Part shown: positions 38,535 to 47,971 of the stretch, piece after piece
Layout of the letters: the number at the start of each line of letters is the position of its first letter
Position numbering within the stretch: position 1 is the first letter of the stretch
Assembly: GCA_013204105.1 (NCBI GenBank)
Contig: JABMOM010000002.1
Coordinates: 562 to 64,561, forward strand
Direction of reading: 5' to 3'
DNA length: 64,000 nt
DNA from: Flavobacteriales bacterium
Lineage (GTDB): Bacteria; Bacteroidota; Bacteroidia; Flavobacteriales_G; Salibacteraceae
Notes under the pieces: generated by a model
The model's input: only the letters and a program-made list of their open reading frames with translations
Told to the model about the DNA's origin: nothing
The model's database searches: none
Made by a program: the position numbers and the translations under genes

Positions 38535-39746
38535 ATGTCAAACAGCACCCCATCAGCGACCAACGCGACGTTTCGATCAGCCTTCATCCTGCTGATCATG
38601 TTGTTCTTCATGTGGGGCTTCATCACTTCGCTGAACGACATCCTCATTCCCCACCTCAAGGCAGTCTTTGATCTCAACTACACGCAAGCCATGCTGGTTC
38701 AGTTTTGCTTCTTCGGATCCTACTTCATCATGTCGATTCCTGCCGGACGCATCATCGAAAAAGTAGGCTACTCCAAAGGCATCGTAATCGGACTGGTGGT
38801 CATGGGGCTCGGCTGCCTCCTCTTCTACCCTGCTTCTATCCTTGTTTACTACCCGCTGTTTCTATTCGCGCTGTTCGTCATGGCCTCGGGCATCACCATG
38901 CTTCAGGTAGCAGCCAATCCCTTTGTTGCAGCCGTTGGACCTCCAGAAACGGCTTCGAGTCGACTCAACCTTTCGCAAGGGTTTAATTCACTTGCGCATA
39001 CCATCGCACCCGCCTTTGGCACCTTCTTGATCCTTACCGACAAATCGGAAGACTTAGCCATTCGGGCACAAGCAGTGCAATTGCCTTACATCGGACTAGC
39101 CGTCGCCTTGCTCTTGATCGCGGGATTGTTTGCATGGGTCAAGCTCCCTAGTATTCAGCATAATGCAAATAGTGAAGTCTCCTTAAACGACACCATCTGG
39201 CAGCACCGCAACTTGACCTTCGGCGTCTTGGCCATCTTCCTCTACGTAGGAATCGAAGTCTCCATCGGTGGGTTTCTGGTGAACTTCTTCGGCGAATCCC
39301 ACATCGCAGGCATGCCGGAAGAAATCGCTGGGAACTATGTCTCCTATTATTGGGGAGGCGCAATGGTCGGAAGGTTCATCGGATCAGCCCTCTTGCAACG
39401 TATGCGCACGGAGCGCTTATTGGTGATCAGCAGCATTGGTGCGCTGTCGCTGGTTGGCATCACCTTATTTACGTCTGGTTACATCGCCATGGGAGCGATC
39501 CTCTTGGTCGGTCTCTTCAACTCCGTCATGTTCCCGAACATCTTCACGCTCGCCATCAAGGGCTTGGGCAAATTCACGAGCAGAGGATCCGGATTGCTTG
39601 TCATGGCCATTGTAGGAGGTGCCATCATCCCCGTTGTGCAAGGATTGCTCGCAGACCAATTCGGAGTACAAGCTTCGTTTGCCATCGGATTGATCTGCTA
39701 TGGCTATGTCTTGTTCTATGCCCTCAAGGGCTATAAGGCGCAGTAA
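38535..39746 (+). CDS. sugar:H+ symporter, glucose/galactose-fucose (GluP/FucP) MFS subfamily
   Basis: LFFMWGFITSLNDILIPHLKAVF signature; 12 TM segments. The ATG at 38535 is preferred over the TTG at 38526. Confidence 0.78.
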   Translation: MSNSTPSATNATFRSAFILLIMLFFMWGFITSLNDILIPHLKAVFDLNYTQAMLVQFCFFGSYFIMSIPAGRIIEKVGYSKGIVIGLVVMGLGCLLFYPASILVYYPLFLFALFVMASGITMLQVAANPFVAAVGPPETASSRLNLSQGFNSLAHTIAPAFGTFLILTDKSEDLAIRAQAVQLPYIGLAVALLLIAGLFAWVKLPSIQHNANSEVSLNDTIWQHRNLTFGVLAIFLYVGIEVSIGGFLVNFFGESHIAGMPEEIAGNYVSYYWGGAMVGRFIGSALLQRMRTERLLVISSIGALSLVGITLFTSGYIAMGAILLVGLFNSVMFPNIFTLAIKGLGKFTSRGSGLLVMAIVGGAIIPVVQGLLADQFGVQASFAIGLICYGYVLFYALKGYKAQ

Positions 39747-42480
39747 AGTGGTATCTGCCCGAACCCACGCGCAGCACTGTGCTTCCCGAGCGTTTTTCTA
39801 AGACTTCTACGCCTTCTGCTTCCAAAATGGGAAGCGTTCCCTCTCTCAGCGCTCCCAGGTCCTCAGAAGGCAGATATACTTCTGCAACGGTATTCGGCGG
39901 AATCACCACATCCAACGCAAAGTGCTCGTCCGTGACCTTCCAAGAAGAACGGATCTCGCCGCGAATGGAACGGTAGCTCGCCTGTGCCTCGGTCAATCCG
40001 CCACCCGGTTGTGGGTGAATCTCAAACCGCTTGTACCCTGGTGAGGTGGATGCAATACCCGCAATGGTAGAATACATCCATTCTCCAATCGAGCCATAGG
40101 CATAATGATTGAGTGAATTGGTGCTGTCTTCGTGGAAGCCATCCTCTTCGGTAAAGCTGTCCCAACGCTCCCATACGGTAGTAGCCCCTTGGTCGATCTG
40201 ATAACCCCAAGATGGAAAGGTGTCGTTGAGGAGCAAGGTATACGCCAAGTCAAGTCGTCTGATATCCGTCAAGGTAGGCAACAACAAGCTCGTTCCCAAG
40301 ATGCCCGTAGAGAGTCGATGCTCACGCTGCTCAAAGGCATCGAGTAAGTTTTCCTCTACTTTGACTTTGATGAATTCAGGCGTCAGGTCGAAAGCCAAGG
40401 CCATGAGGTACGCGGTCTGGGTTCTCCCTGTCACATGACCTTCGTGGTCGATGAAGTTCTTCTTGAATGCAAGCGCAATGCTGTCAGACAACTGGGTGTA
40501 GTGCGCAACATCCTCGGGGCGCTCCAACAAAGAAGACACCTCGATCATCAGGTCTGCACTCCGCTTGAAATAGGCGGTAGCAATCACGTTTATCGGTGTC
40601 TCGCTGTCTACGTTTTGCCAATCGCCGTAGCTGTCCATCATGCTGATATAACCATCGCTGTGAGACTCTAGGTAGTCCATCCAACGCAGCATGTTGGGGT
40701 ACAAAGAACGGAGTAGCGTAGTATCATCATAGACCTGATAGATGTTCCATGGACAGATGATTCCAGCATCTCCCCAACCGGCTGCTACGCGCCAAAATAC
40801 CCGTGGTGCCGTACTTGGAAATCGGCCGTCATCGAATTGACCATCGGCAACATCTACCATCCACTTCTTGAAGAAGGGGGCAATGTCCATTTGGTAGCTC
40901 GCCGTGGGCATGAAAAGCTGAGCATCCCCTGTCCACCCCATCCGCTCATCGCGCTGCGGGCAATCGGTGGGTACCTCGAAGTAGTTGGAGCGCTGGCTCC
41001 AAACGATGTTTTGGTGGATGCGGTTGATGCGTTCGTTTGAACAAGAAAAGGTTCCGGTTTCTCGCAGATCGGAATGCAACACTACTCCGGTGATCTTATC
41101 GCGGGTCAGCTCGCCGGGGTAACCCGTCACTTCAATGAATTGATAGCCGTGGTAGGTAAAGCGAGGCTCCCATGTTTCCTCGCCCTGCCCAGACAGCACG
41201 TAGCTATCCGTGGCACGCGCAGTTCTTAGGTTGCGGGTATGAATAGAACTATCGGCGTTGAGCTTTTCTGCGAAACGCATCGTCACTGAATCACCCAACT
41301 CACCATTGACCTTCAAACGCGCCCAGCCTGAAAAGTTCTGTCCCATGTCAACGATATATACACCAGGCTGGCGTTCAAAAACAGCCACGGGTGTAATCTC
41401 ACCCGTTTTACGCACGGGAATGCCCGGATAGGCCTCTACGATCAAGTCGATTGAATCCGAGACATCTACGGGCAACCAATCGGCATCTGCATAGCCGTTT
41501 TGATGCCATCCTTCTATGCTCAATCGCGCGTCATAGGTTTCACCGCCCTGCATGTCGGCTTCGCGCATGGGTCCGAAGCTGGCCCGCCATTGCTCATCCG
41601 TCGCAAAGACCGCCTCCTCGCCGCTGGCCATGCCCACGCACAATTGAGCCATCAACCGAGGTTTATCTCCATAATAATGTTGCCCTACATCCGCTACGTT
41701 TCCTGCATACCATCCATCGGCTAGAATAAAAGCCATGGTATTGACACCCTCGTTCAAAAGGTCGGTCACATCGTAGCTGTTGTAGTAGACTCGCTTGCGG
41801 TATTCCGTCCAGCCCGGGGTGAAGTAATCCTCCCCTACCCGTTGACCGTTGATATAGAGCTCGAAGATTCCAAGTGCAGATGCATGCACCTTCGCATCGG
41901 CCACCGGCCCATCGATGGTGAACTCTTTGCGGAAGTACGGGGTTGGCAGTGGTTGGTAGACTTTCTTTTTCTTATTCTTCCAATTATTCCCCCACGGTTT
42001 CACAGGATAGGAAGGGTCGTTCCTAGCAGCATCCAATCCGATCCATTTGGCCTTCCAATCGGCGGCAGCTAGCAAACCCATCGACCAATGTGCACTCGGA
42101 CTCCACTCCGAAGCCCTGCCCTTTTCATCCCAAGTCATGACTTTCCAATAGCACGTAGATTGGCTTGTCACCGCAGCACCTTCGTACGAAACGTTAGCCG
42201 TGCGATCGGACGGAACCACGCCTGAGTCCCACAAATCACCTACTTCTTGTGCAAGTTGCTCTTCACTGCTCGCTACCAAGATTCGGTAGGCTGTTTGCAT
42301 CCGAGCCCTTCCCTCGCCTTCCACAATCCACGTCAAACGAGGTTTTGCTGCATCTATCGCAACAGGATTCACTAAGTATTCACAGCGCAGATCCGCCGGA
42401 TGCAAGTCAGAAATTTCATCTTGACAAGCCGTTAAAAACAGCAAAAGCGCCATGGCAATATGGACGCCAATCGCTTTCAT
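39724..42480 (-). CDS. alpha-L-rhamnosidase (GH78) lipoprotein
   Basis: The Met at 42480 gives MKAIGVHIAMALLLFLTAC. LRCEYLVNPVAIDAAKPRLTW at the N-terminus and PTDCPQRDERMGWTGD in the catalytic domain are typical of GH78. Confidence 0.8.
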   Translation of the reverse strand: MKAIGVHIAMALLLFLTACQDEISDLHPADLRCEYLVNPVAIDAAKPRLTWIVEGEGRARMQTAYRILVASSEEQLAQEVGDLWDSGVVPSDRTANVSYEGAAVTSQSTCYWKVMTWDEKGRASEWSPSAHWSMGLLAAADWKAKWIGLDAARNDPSYPVKPWGNNWKNKKKKVYQPLPTPYFRKEFTIDGPVADAKVHASALGIFELYINGQRVGEDYFTPGWTEYRKRVYYNSYDVTDLLNEGVNTMAFILADGWYAGNVADVGQHYYGDKPRLMAQLCVGMASGEEAVFATDEQWRASFGPMREADMQGGETYDARLSIEGWHQNGYADADWLPVDVSDSIDLIVEAYPGIPVRKTGEITPVAVFERQPGVYIVDMGQNFSGWARLKVNGELGDSVTMRFAEKLNADSSIHTRNLRTARATDSYVLSGQGEETWEPRFTYHGYQFIEVTGYPGELTRDKITGVVLHSDLRETGTFSCSNERINRIHQNIVWSQRSNYFEVPTDCPQRDERMGWTGDAQLFMPTASYQMDIAPFFKKWMVDVADGQFDDGRFPSTAPRVFWRVAAGWGDAGIICPWNIYQVYDDTTLLRSLYPNMLRWMDYLESHSDGYISMMDSYGDWQNVDSETPINVIATAYFKRSADLMIEVSSLLERPEDVAHYTQLSDSIALAFKKNFIDHEGHVTGRTQTAYLMALAFDLTPEFIKVKVEENLLDAFEQREHRLSTGILGTSLLLPTLTDIRRLDLAYTLLLNDTFPSWGYQIDQGATTVWERWDSFTEEDGFHEDSTNSLNHYAYGSIGEWMYSTIAGIASTSPGYKRFEIHPQPGGGLTEAQASYRSIRGEIRSSWKVTDEHFALDVVIPPNTVAEVYLPSEDLGALREGTLPILEAEGVEVLEKRSGSTVLRVGSGRYHFTAPYSP

Positions 42481-42980
42481 CGTTGGGCTTCTTGAAATGT
42501 CCCTGTTTCCGTAATGTGGTATTCCTTCTCGGTTTTCCTTCCCTCGACGAATACATCGATCGCAACCGTCCATTCGCTGGGCCCTGTGCGTTCTCCTGTG
42601 ATCACGCCGCGCTCAATTTTATGAATCCCTTTGTCCTGACACCTGCAATCCTGCAAGTAGATCCCACCGTGATGCATGATCTGATCGTCTCGCAGTTCGA
42701 ATCGATTTGAGCCCAATTCGGTCTCAAAAGTGATAATGGTAGGAGCTTCGGAGTAGTTTCCTAGGTCACCAGCGTTATTGGTGGTAAACTGAAAAACACG
42801 TTGATTACCCGATATCACCTCGTAGAGATTTTGCTTATTCAATTTTTCTGCATCGTACTGGATCGAAGCATTTTCCCAGTACTGGAAATCTTTCTTTTCC
42901 TCATTGACTTGGCCCATGGCAGAGGATAGGAAACACAGCATCATTGCACAGCATAATCCTATGTGAACCCGCATGTTCAT
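42477..42980 (-). CDS. hypothetical secreted protein (167 aa) inside the GH operon
   Basis: The Met at 42980 gives signal peptide MNMRVHIGLCCAMMLCFLSSAMGQ. ATGA overlaps occur at both ends (42977-42980 and 42477-42480). Confidence 0.55.
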   Translation of the reverse strand: MNMRVHIGLCCAMMLCFLSSAMGQVNEEKKDFQYWENASIQYDAEKLNKQNLYEVISGNQRVFQFTTNNAGDLGNYSEAPTIITFETELGSNRFELRDDQIMHHGGIYLQDCRCQDKGIHKIERGVITGERTGPSEWTVAIDVFVEGRKTEKEYHITETGTFQEAQR

Positions 42981-44566
42981 TCCGTCAGGATCGATTGGGT
43001 TTGAGTGACCGAAGCATCCACATCTATGAGATTGGCCGCGTTGCCATTGGAATTGCATCTTTCTAAAACGATGCCTCGACTCTCCACTCCTTTCACACTT
43101 ACCAAAGTGGAACCACCTTCTTCTGAATTGCATTCACGCAAAACGATGTCTTGACTATTGTTCAGCGCAATGATGGGGACATCTGAGTCCATGCGTCCTT
43201 GCCTACCAACGAATCGGCCGACTTGACCGCCGTGCACGTCCGATAAGACCAAGGCACTTTTCCATCCTGACTCGGCATGCGCGTCGTCCCAATTCACCTT
43301 GAAGCCTTCGATGGTTAAGTGCTTCACTTGCTCTATGTAAAGCGCATGATCGGCACGCTTGTCCAAATAATTCTCTTCGAGCATCGATATCTGAATGTCT
43401 TTCATGTAGATGTTTTCGATCTGCATTCCTGCTGTGCTTTCGATCTTGCTGGTACCGCGTGCCTTGGCTTTGATGTGTTCAAACAGCACGCCATCGATCG
43501 ACCCCGCCTCCGAGGCTTCGTTCTTCTTGGTCAAGTAAACCCAGATGGGATCGCCATTGCCCCACCAGTTGAAATGCCTGCGACTGCACTGAATGTTGAT
43601 GTTGGAAAAGGTGACATCCTTTACCGAGGCGCCGTCTCGGACCACGATGCTCAGTCCGCGGTTTGAATTGAGCACCGTGCAGCTATCAAAGCGAATGTTT
43701 CGAAAATCTCCGTGCGATTCCGTGCCAATTTTCAAGGCAGTGGAAGAAGAGGTGAGAACGCACCCTGTCACGCGAATGTTTTCGCAGGGGACCTCAAACC
43801 AAGATTTCAATGCAATGGCATCATCACCGGTGGAAACAATACAATCCGAGATCAGCACGTCGTTGCACGAGTTGATGTCGATGCCGTCAGCGTTTACACC
43901 TTTTTCAAGGCTTGAGAACACCTTAACCCGCTCGATGCGCACTTGGGAACTCTTCAGGATGTGCAAGGTCCAGAAAGACGACTCCTCCAAGGTAATGTCG
44001 GAAACGGTTACGCCTTCGCAGTCCGTAAAAATGACCAAGGCGACGTCTGGCTTTAGGACGTAATACATCTTCATCTCCACTCCGGCTTGCCGTGCGTTTT
44101 CTGTGATGTCTTCGATGAATGCGTCGGTTTTTCTGAGGTCTTCATACACGCGTTGCGCCCCGCCGTGGATGGTTCCGCCGCCTTTGAGTGCAATGTTTTT
44201 GGCGCCGTTGGCATACAGAAACACGGGCCGGGTGGCGTTTTCAAGGGGCATGCGATAGTCGTTGATGTCTCTGCTCGCATGCAAGGTGGCCCCTTCTTCA
44301 AGGAAGATGGTCACGTTGTCCTTTAAGACGATGGTACCCGCATGGTATTGACCCGGCGGGAAATAGACCATCCCACCTCCAGCCGCATAGGCACCATCAA
44401 TCGCTGACTGGATCGCTTCTGTAGAAAGAACCGTATCGTTGACGACAGCACCGTAGGCCATCACGTCGTACTTGTCTGCCGATTGGGGCAATGCAACATG
44501 CGAACACCCCACATACGCCAGCGCAAGTAACCAGTGCAGTCTACTTACAATCTTCTTTTCAATCAT
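42977..44566 (-). CDS. glycoside hydrolase family 28 (polygalacturonase / rhamnogalacturonase-like)
   Basis: YDVMAYGAVVNDTVLSTEAIQSAIDGA, NADGIDINSCNDVLISDCIVSTGDDAIALKS, plus parallel beta-helix repeats. Confidence 0.78.
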   Translation of the reverse strand: MIEKKIVSRLHWLLALAYVGCSHVALPQSADKYDVMAYGAVVNDTVLSTEAIQSAIDGAYAAGGGMVYFPPGQYHAGTIVLKDNVTIFLEEGATLHASRDINDYRMPLENATRPVFLYANGAKNIALKGGGTIHGGAQRVYEDLRKTDAFIEDITENARQAGVEMKMYYVLKPDVALVIFTDCEGVTVSDITLEESSFWTLHILKSSQVRIERVKVFSSLEKGVNADGIDINSCNDVLISDCIVSTGDDAIALKSWFEVPCENIRVTGCVLTSSSTALKIGTESHGDFRNIRFDSCTVLNSNRGLSIVVRDGASVKDVTFSNINIQCSRRHFNWWGNGDPIWVYLTKKNEASEAGSIDGVLFEHIKAKARGTSKIESTAGMQIENIYMKDIQISMLEENYLDKRADHALYIEQVKHLTIEGFKVNWDDAHAESGWKSALVLSDVHGGQVGRFVGRQGRMDSDVPIIALNNSQDIVLRECNSEEGGSTLVSVKGVESRGIVLERCNSNGNAANLIDVDASVTQTQSILTE

Positions 44567-45419
44567 AGCGTGGTCCCTCCAGTTTCATCTTCATCCAAGT
44601 GGCATCGTCGTCTCCTTTTCCGTAGATCAGCATGTGACCTCCGTATTCGCCTCCATCCGGATCGCAATGCACGATCATCATGCTGAACTCCAAGTCTTCG
44701 AATCCATCTGATAGATTCACCGAAGTCCCAAACGTGGCGCGCATGTTCACGCGTCCCTCAAAGATATAATCCGCCGAGCGCTCTCCCCAAGGGTTCATCC
44801 GCACGACGTATTCCACCGCACCAGCAGGAAGCGGCTCTTCTATATAGGCTTGCTCAGAAGATCCGTGTCTCCACCAAGCACCGTAAGCAGGTTTCTGTTC
44901 ATCCATCACAAAGCAAAAGGCGTGGTCTCCCTCACCGAATTTTTCAGCTACGGTATCTCGAGGCGCTTCCATGAAGAAGGCGATGGCATCTTTGTAGTAC
45001 CAACGTTTCGGTTCGTGTTTGGCATCCATTACGTCGTGTACGTTGTCGCGCACTTCTGCTCCAAAATAGAGGTATTCCCCTTCCCACCCCATGTAGTACT
45101 GCGCTTCGAGATCGACACCGCTTGTATCTTCCCCCTCGTCAACCATCAGTCGATTGCGTTTTGGCACGTACCATGGCGTCCTTTTAATCCGCTCCATGTT
45201 CCAGGTTCCGTCACTGAAGGCCGCAGCTTTCCAATCGTCAAGGTCTCCATCAATGTTGGGACTTTCGGATAGGTAAGGAATGGATAATTCCTGCACTTCT
45301 TGGGCCTTGCATGCGGAAAGACATAGGCCAATTGCCAAACAAAGCAATCCTGCGCTGCGTCTGTGAAGATTCAATGGATGTAAAGTGCTGGGATGTGTCA
45401 ACCACTCGAAAATAGCCAT
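44559..45419 (-). CDS. putative carbohydrate-binding (CBM9-like) lipoprotein
   Basis: Lipobox LCLSAC, then IPYLSESPNIDGDLDDWKAA. Weak family assignment. There is an 8-nt overlap with the GH28 start. Confidence 0.45.
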   Translation of the reverse strand: MAIFEWLTHPSTLHPLNLHRRSAGLLCLAIGLCLSACKAQEVQELSIPYLSESPNIDGDLDDWKAAAFSDGTWNMERIKRTPWYVPKRNRLMVDEGEDTSGVDLEAQYYMGWEGEYLYFGAEVRDNVHDVMDAKHEPKRWYYKDAIAFFMEAPRDTVAEKFGEGDHAFCFVMDEQKPAYGAWWRHGSSEQAYIEEPLPAGAVEYVVRMNPWGERSADYIFEGRVNMRATFGTSVNLSDGFEDLEFSMMIVHCDPDGGEYGGHMLIYGKGDDDATWMKMKLEGPRYD

Positions 45420-45458
45420 TGCGAGGAATCGTGGCTATTTTCGAAGCACATTAAACGA

Positions 45459-46454
45459 ATGGCGATAACTCGATCGAAATACTTCAAGCGACTGTTCCAA
45501 TGGGCAGTGTTGTTTGTGCTGGGCTCACTGTTCAGTGCATGCAGCAATTCGCTCGCCTTCCACAACGCTGGCGGAGATTCCGCAGCGGTCGATTCGGTCG
45601 GTCCGCCATCCATGGGAGGGTTAATCTCCACGAGGTTCAAAGACCTGGACGCCTTAAAACGGGTGATCTCTATCGAATTTCTTGGAGACACCGCCGGGGG
45701 AAAGGATAGCAAAGCAGTGCGCCTGACGCAGCACAGCAATGGGATAACCGTAGTCAGCGAACTCGAGAAGGGAGTTGACGAGGACGATTTTAGGCATGCC
45801 CGAGACAATGGCTTCTGGGCGAAGGTGGCGCTCGCATTTGCATCGCCCTATGCCCTCGCCCACCGAAAAGACATCATGCGTGTCTTCATCTTGTCGAGGC
45901 GAAAGCATGACATCTACGGTCCTGGAGACATTGCCTTCTACGATTTTGCGGAGTTGATGACCCAAGGCATTCGCAAAGAAGACCGGCTGACAATCCCGCC
46001 GCAAGAACTGACCGAAAAAGGTTACTTGAATACCTTCAACCATATTACCGCTCAGGCTTTTGTGACTACGTTGTTTTCAGAAGAACTGGCAGAATACGTT
46101 GCAGAGGTACACGAGCGCCACAACATGCCCGAATTGATCAGCGGTAAGTTCACAAACGAACAGCTGCTGAGCGAGGAGAATAATCCTGTAGACAACTACG
46201 TGGACATGATCAACAATGAGTGGGGACAGCTGTTGGGTAAAACGCTTAAAGAAAAATACGGCATCGGCTCCGACACGGAATGGACGCCCCAGTTGCTAGC
46301 AGACTACCTAAACGATGTGCAGGCTTACTACACATGGGCCTTTCAAATCTCCTTTCAGCCCTTTGACACGGAGGACGAAGCAGTGGTGCGGTTTTCGAGC
46401 AAGCTCAACGCAGTACTCGGCGAAGTCAATGCGGTGCAGGCTGGGGACAACTGA
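45459..46454 (+). CDS. hypothetical lipoprotein with DUF6973-like C-terminal region
   Basis: The Met at 45459 gives LFVLGSLFSAC. NTFNHITAQAFV...VHERH...DMINNEWG resembles the N-x-F-x-H...HE...NN-x-x-G pattern of that family. This assignment is from memory, not a search. Confidence 0.45.
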   Translation: MAITRSKYFKRLFQWAVLFVLGSLFSACSNSLAFHNAGGDSAAVDSVGPPSMGGLISTRFKDLDALKRVISIEFLGDTAGGKDSKAVRLTQHSNGITVVSELEKGVDEDDFRHARDNGFWAKVALAFASPYALAHRKDIMRVFILSRRKHDIYGPGDIAFYDFAELMTQGIRKEDRLTIPPQELTEKGYLNTFNHITAQAFVTTLFSEELAEYVAEVHERHNMPELISGKFTNEQLLSEENNPVDNYVDMINNEWGQLLGKTLKEKYGIGSDTEWTPQLLADYLNDVQAYYTWAFQISFQPFDTEDEAVVRFSSKLNAVLGEVNAVQAGDN

Positions 46455-46464
46455 TGCCGAAAAC

Positions 46465-47502
46465 TCAGTCCTCGCGAGGTACCACGTAAAAAGTGCTCCC
46501 TTTTGCGGATGGCGTGACCCTGTACTTGGATTGGATGGCTGCGACACCAATCGCGTGGACATCGTTCAAGGCTTGCATCCAGTTTTCTTCCTCTACGACC
46601 GCAGAATCTAGATCGGTATCTCCGAAGATGGCTTCGGTCAGCGCGGTTCGTGAAAACCGAGCCTTGCACAAGCGCACACCCTTCAAGTTAGCCCGATCAA
46701 ACACAGCTCCTTTGAGGTTCAGTCCTTCGAGGTCCGCATCGGTCATTACCGCACCTGCAAACTGCGCCCACCGGACGTCCGCCTCACGCAGGTCAGCCCC
46801 ATCCATTAGAGATGCATCCATGCGTGCCCCGTTCAGGTTCGCCTCATGGAGATTAGCCAAGGTCATTTTTGACCATCGCACATCGGCCCTTCGAACATCT
46901 GCTTTACGCAGGTCCGCCCGACTCAGGTCAGCATTCCAGAGATTAGCCTCTAAGAGGGATGCACCACTCAGATTACTTCCAGACAAGTTGGTATTCTTCA
47001 AATGGGCGTAACTCAAATCCGCACCGCTCAGGTCAGCTCCGTGCAAGTCGGCATTGTGGAGGTCTGCATAAGCAAAGGTTGCTCCTGCTTTGATCTTCGT
47101 GAAGTCAATCGAGTCCAACCCCATCTTTACCAAGGCAGCCAATAGCTGGCCCCTAGCAGGACTCAGTGGAACCTCAACCAAGCTATCTCCATCCGGATAC
47201 CGAAAAGACGAAAGCGCCTTGGAAAGGGAGATAATGTCCGTGATGTTGCGTTCCGAAAGCCGGTGATCCTCTCCCGAATCCAAGTCTGCTTGAATCCGTT
47301 GTACAAAGTCGATCAACTGATGCGCTTGCTCGCCAGATTGGAGCGCGCTTATCTGTTCCGCTTGGCGTTCTAGGAGGTCGGTTTGCGCTTCAAATGCCCC
47401 ATTTAAATCTGCGTTGGTCTCTGAAAGAGAATGCACCCAAAATCCCATTCCTGCAAGAAGCAAAAGGAAGAAAATCCAGAAAATGACGATCGATCTGATC
47501 AT
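46465..47502 (-). CDS. membrane-anchored pentapeptide-repeat protein
   Basis: N-terminal TM (IVIFWIFFLLLLAGMGFWV), a coiled-coil region, then long A(D/N)LxG-type pentapeptide arrays (ADLHNADLHGADLSGADLSYAHLKNTNLSGSNLSGASLLEANL...). Confidence 0.8.
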   Translation of the reverse strand: MIRSIVIFWIFFLLLLAGMGFWVHSLSETNADLNGAFEAQTDLLERQAEQISALQSGEQAHQLIDFVQRIQADLDSGEDHRLSERNITDIISLSKALSSFRYPDGDSLVEVPLSPARGQLLAALVKMGLDSIDFTKIKAGATFAYADLHNADLHGADLSGADLSYAHLKNTNLSGSNLSGASLLEANLWNADLSRADLRKADVRRADVRWSKMTLANLHEANLNGARMDASLMDGADLREADVRWAQFAGAVMTDADLEGLNLKGAVFDRANLKGVRLCKARFSRTALTEAIFGDTDLDSAVVEEENWMQALNDVHAIGVAAIQSKYRVTPSAKGSTFYVVPRED

Positions 47503-47721
47503 GTCGTGTTTGAAGTTGTAAGGGCAGCACCGCCTTGAGCAAATATCTTGTTTAAGTCGATACCGATAGATCTTAACAATGAGGATCCGAGCAAAAGCTT
47601 CATTGTAAAGTCGTTGCAGGCGCTATTCACAATGCACAATGAAAAACTGTAAAAACACGCCCTCGAAGGGTGCGGAATCCGAAGTAGTTTTAGCCATCTA
47701 ACTCTTTAATACCAACGATAT

Positions 47722-47886
47722 ATGATCGCAGCATGGCAACAAGAGGTCGATACACTAAAGGCCTCACTGACAGGGGATCTGTTCCAAGACATGGAAGCCA
47801 GAGACCAAATTCACAACCTCGAAATGAAGATCAACGGCGTAAAGCCAAGCAGTTCTGAATTCGAATGCGTGGGATGCGGTAGCTAA
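47722..47886 (+). CDS. small protein, 54 aa, ending in a CxxC motif (below the ORF-track cut-off)
   Basis: My translation: MIAAWQQEVDTLKASLTGDLFQDMEARDQIHNLEMKINGVKPSSSEFECVGCGS*. It has an ATG start, and a plus-oriented intrinsic terminator begins 19 nt after the stop. Confidence 0.55.
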   Translation: MIAAWQQEVDTLKASLTGDLFQDMEARDQIHNLEMKINGVKPSSSEFECVGCGS

Positions 47887-47904
47887 GTCTACACATCTGA
47901 TGGA

Positions 47905-47953
47905 GACCGACTCGCCAAGTGAATGCAAGTTCATTTCGTCAGTCGGTTTTTTT
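47905..47953 (+). terminator. intrinsic terminator after the 54-aa ORF
   Basis: Outer stem accgact/agtcggt (47906-47912 / 47941-47947), inner stem aatg/catt, followed by a T7 tract (47947-47953). Confidence 0.65.
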
Positions 47954-47971
47954 GTGCCTAAACGTTTACGC

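Noticed and set aside
38705-39736. Alternative-frame ORFs inside the sugar symporter and GH78 genes. Examples: 38705..38986, 39350..39736, 39148..39363 and 41451..41729.
   Set aside because: They are Arg/His/Pro-rich translations typical of off-frame reading of moderately GC-rich genes. The annotated frames carry clear family motifs.
42981-43133. N-terminal extensions of track ORFs that overlap upstream genes. Examples: 42477..43133, 39724..42573, 26014..26904, 52771..53466, 9322..10236, 45393..46454, 35184..35969 and 61757..62440.
   Set aside because: In each case an internal Met yields a clean signal peptide or a known N-terminus and removes the overlap, often creating an ATGA or TGATG junction. 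The extensions are Arg/Cys/His-rich and look non-coding.
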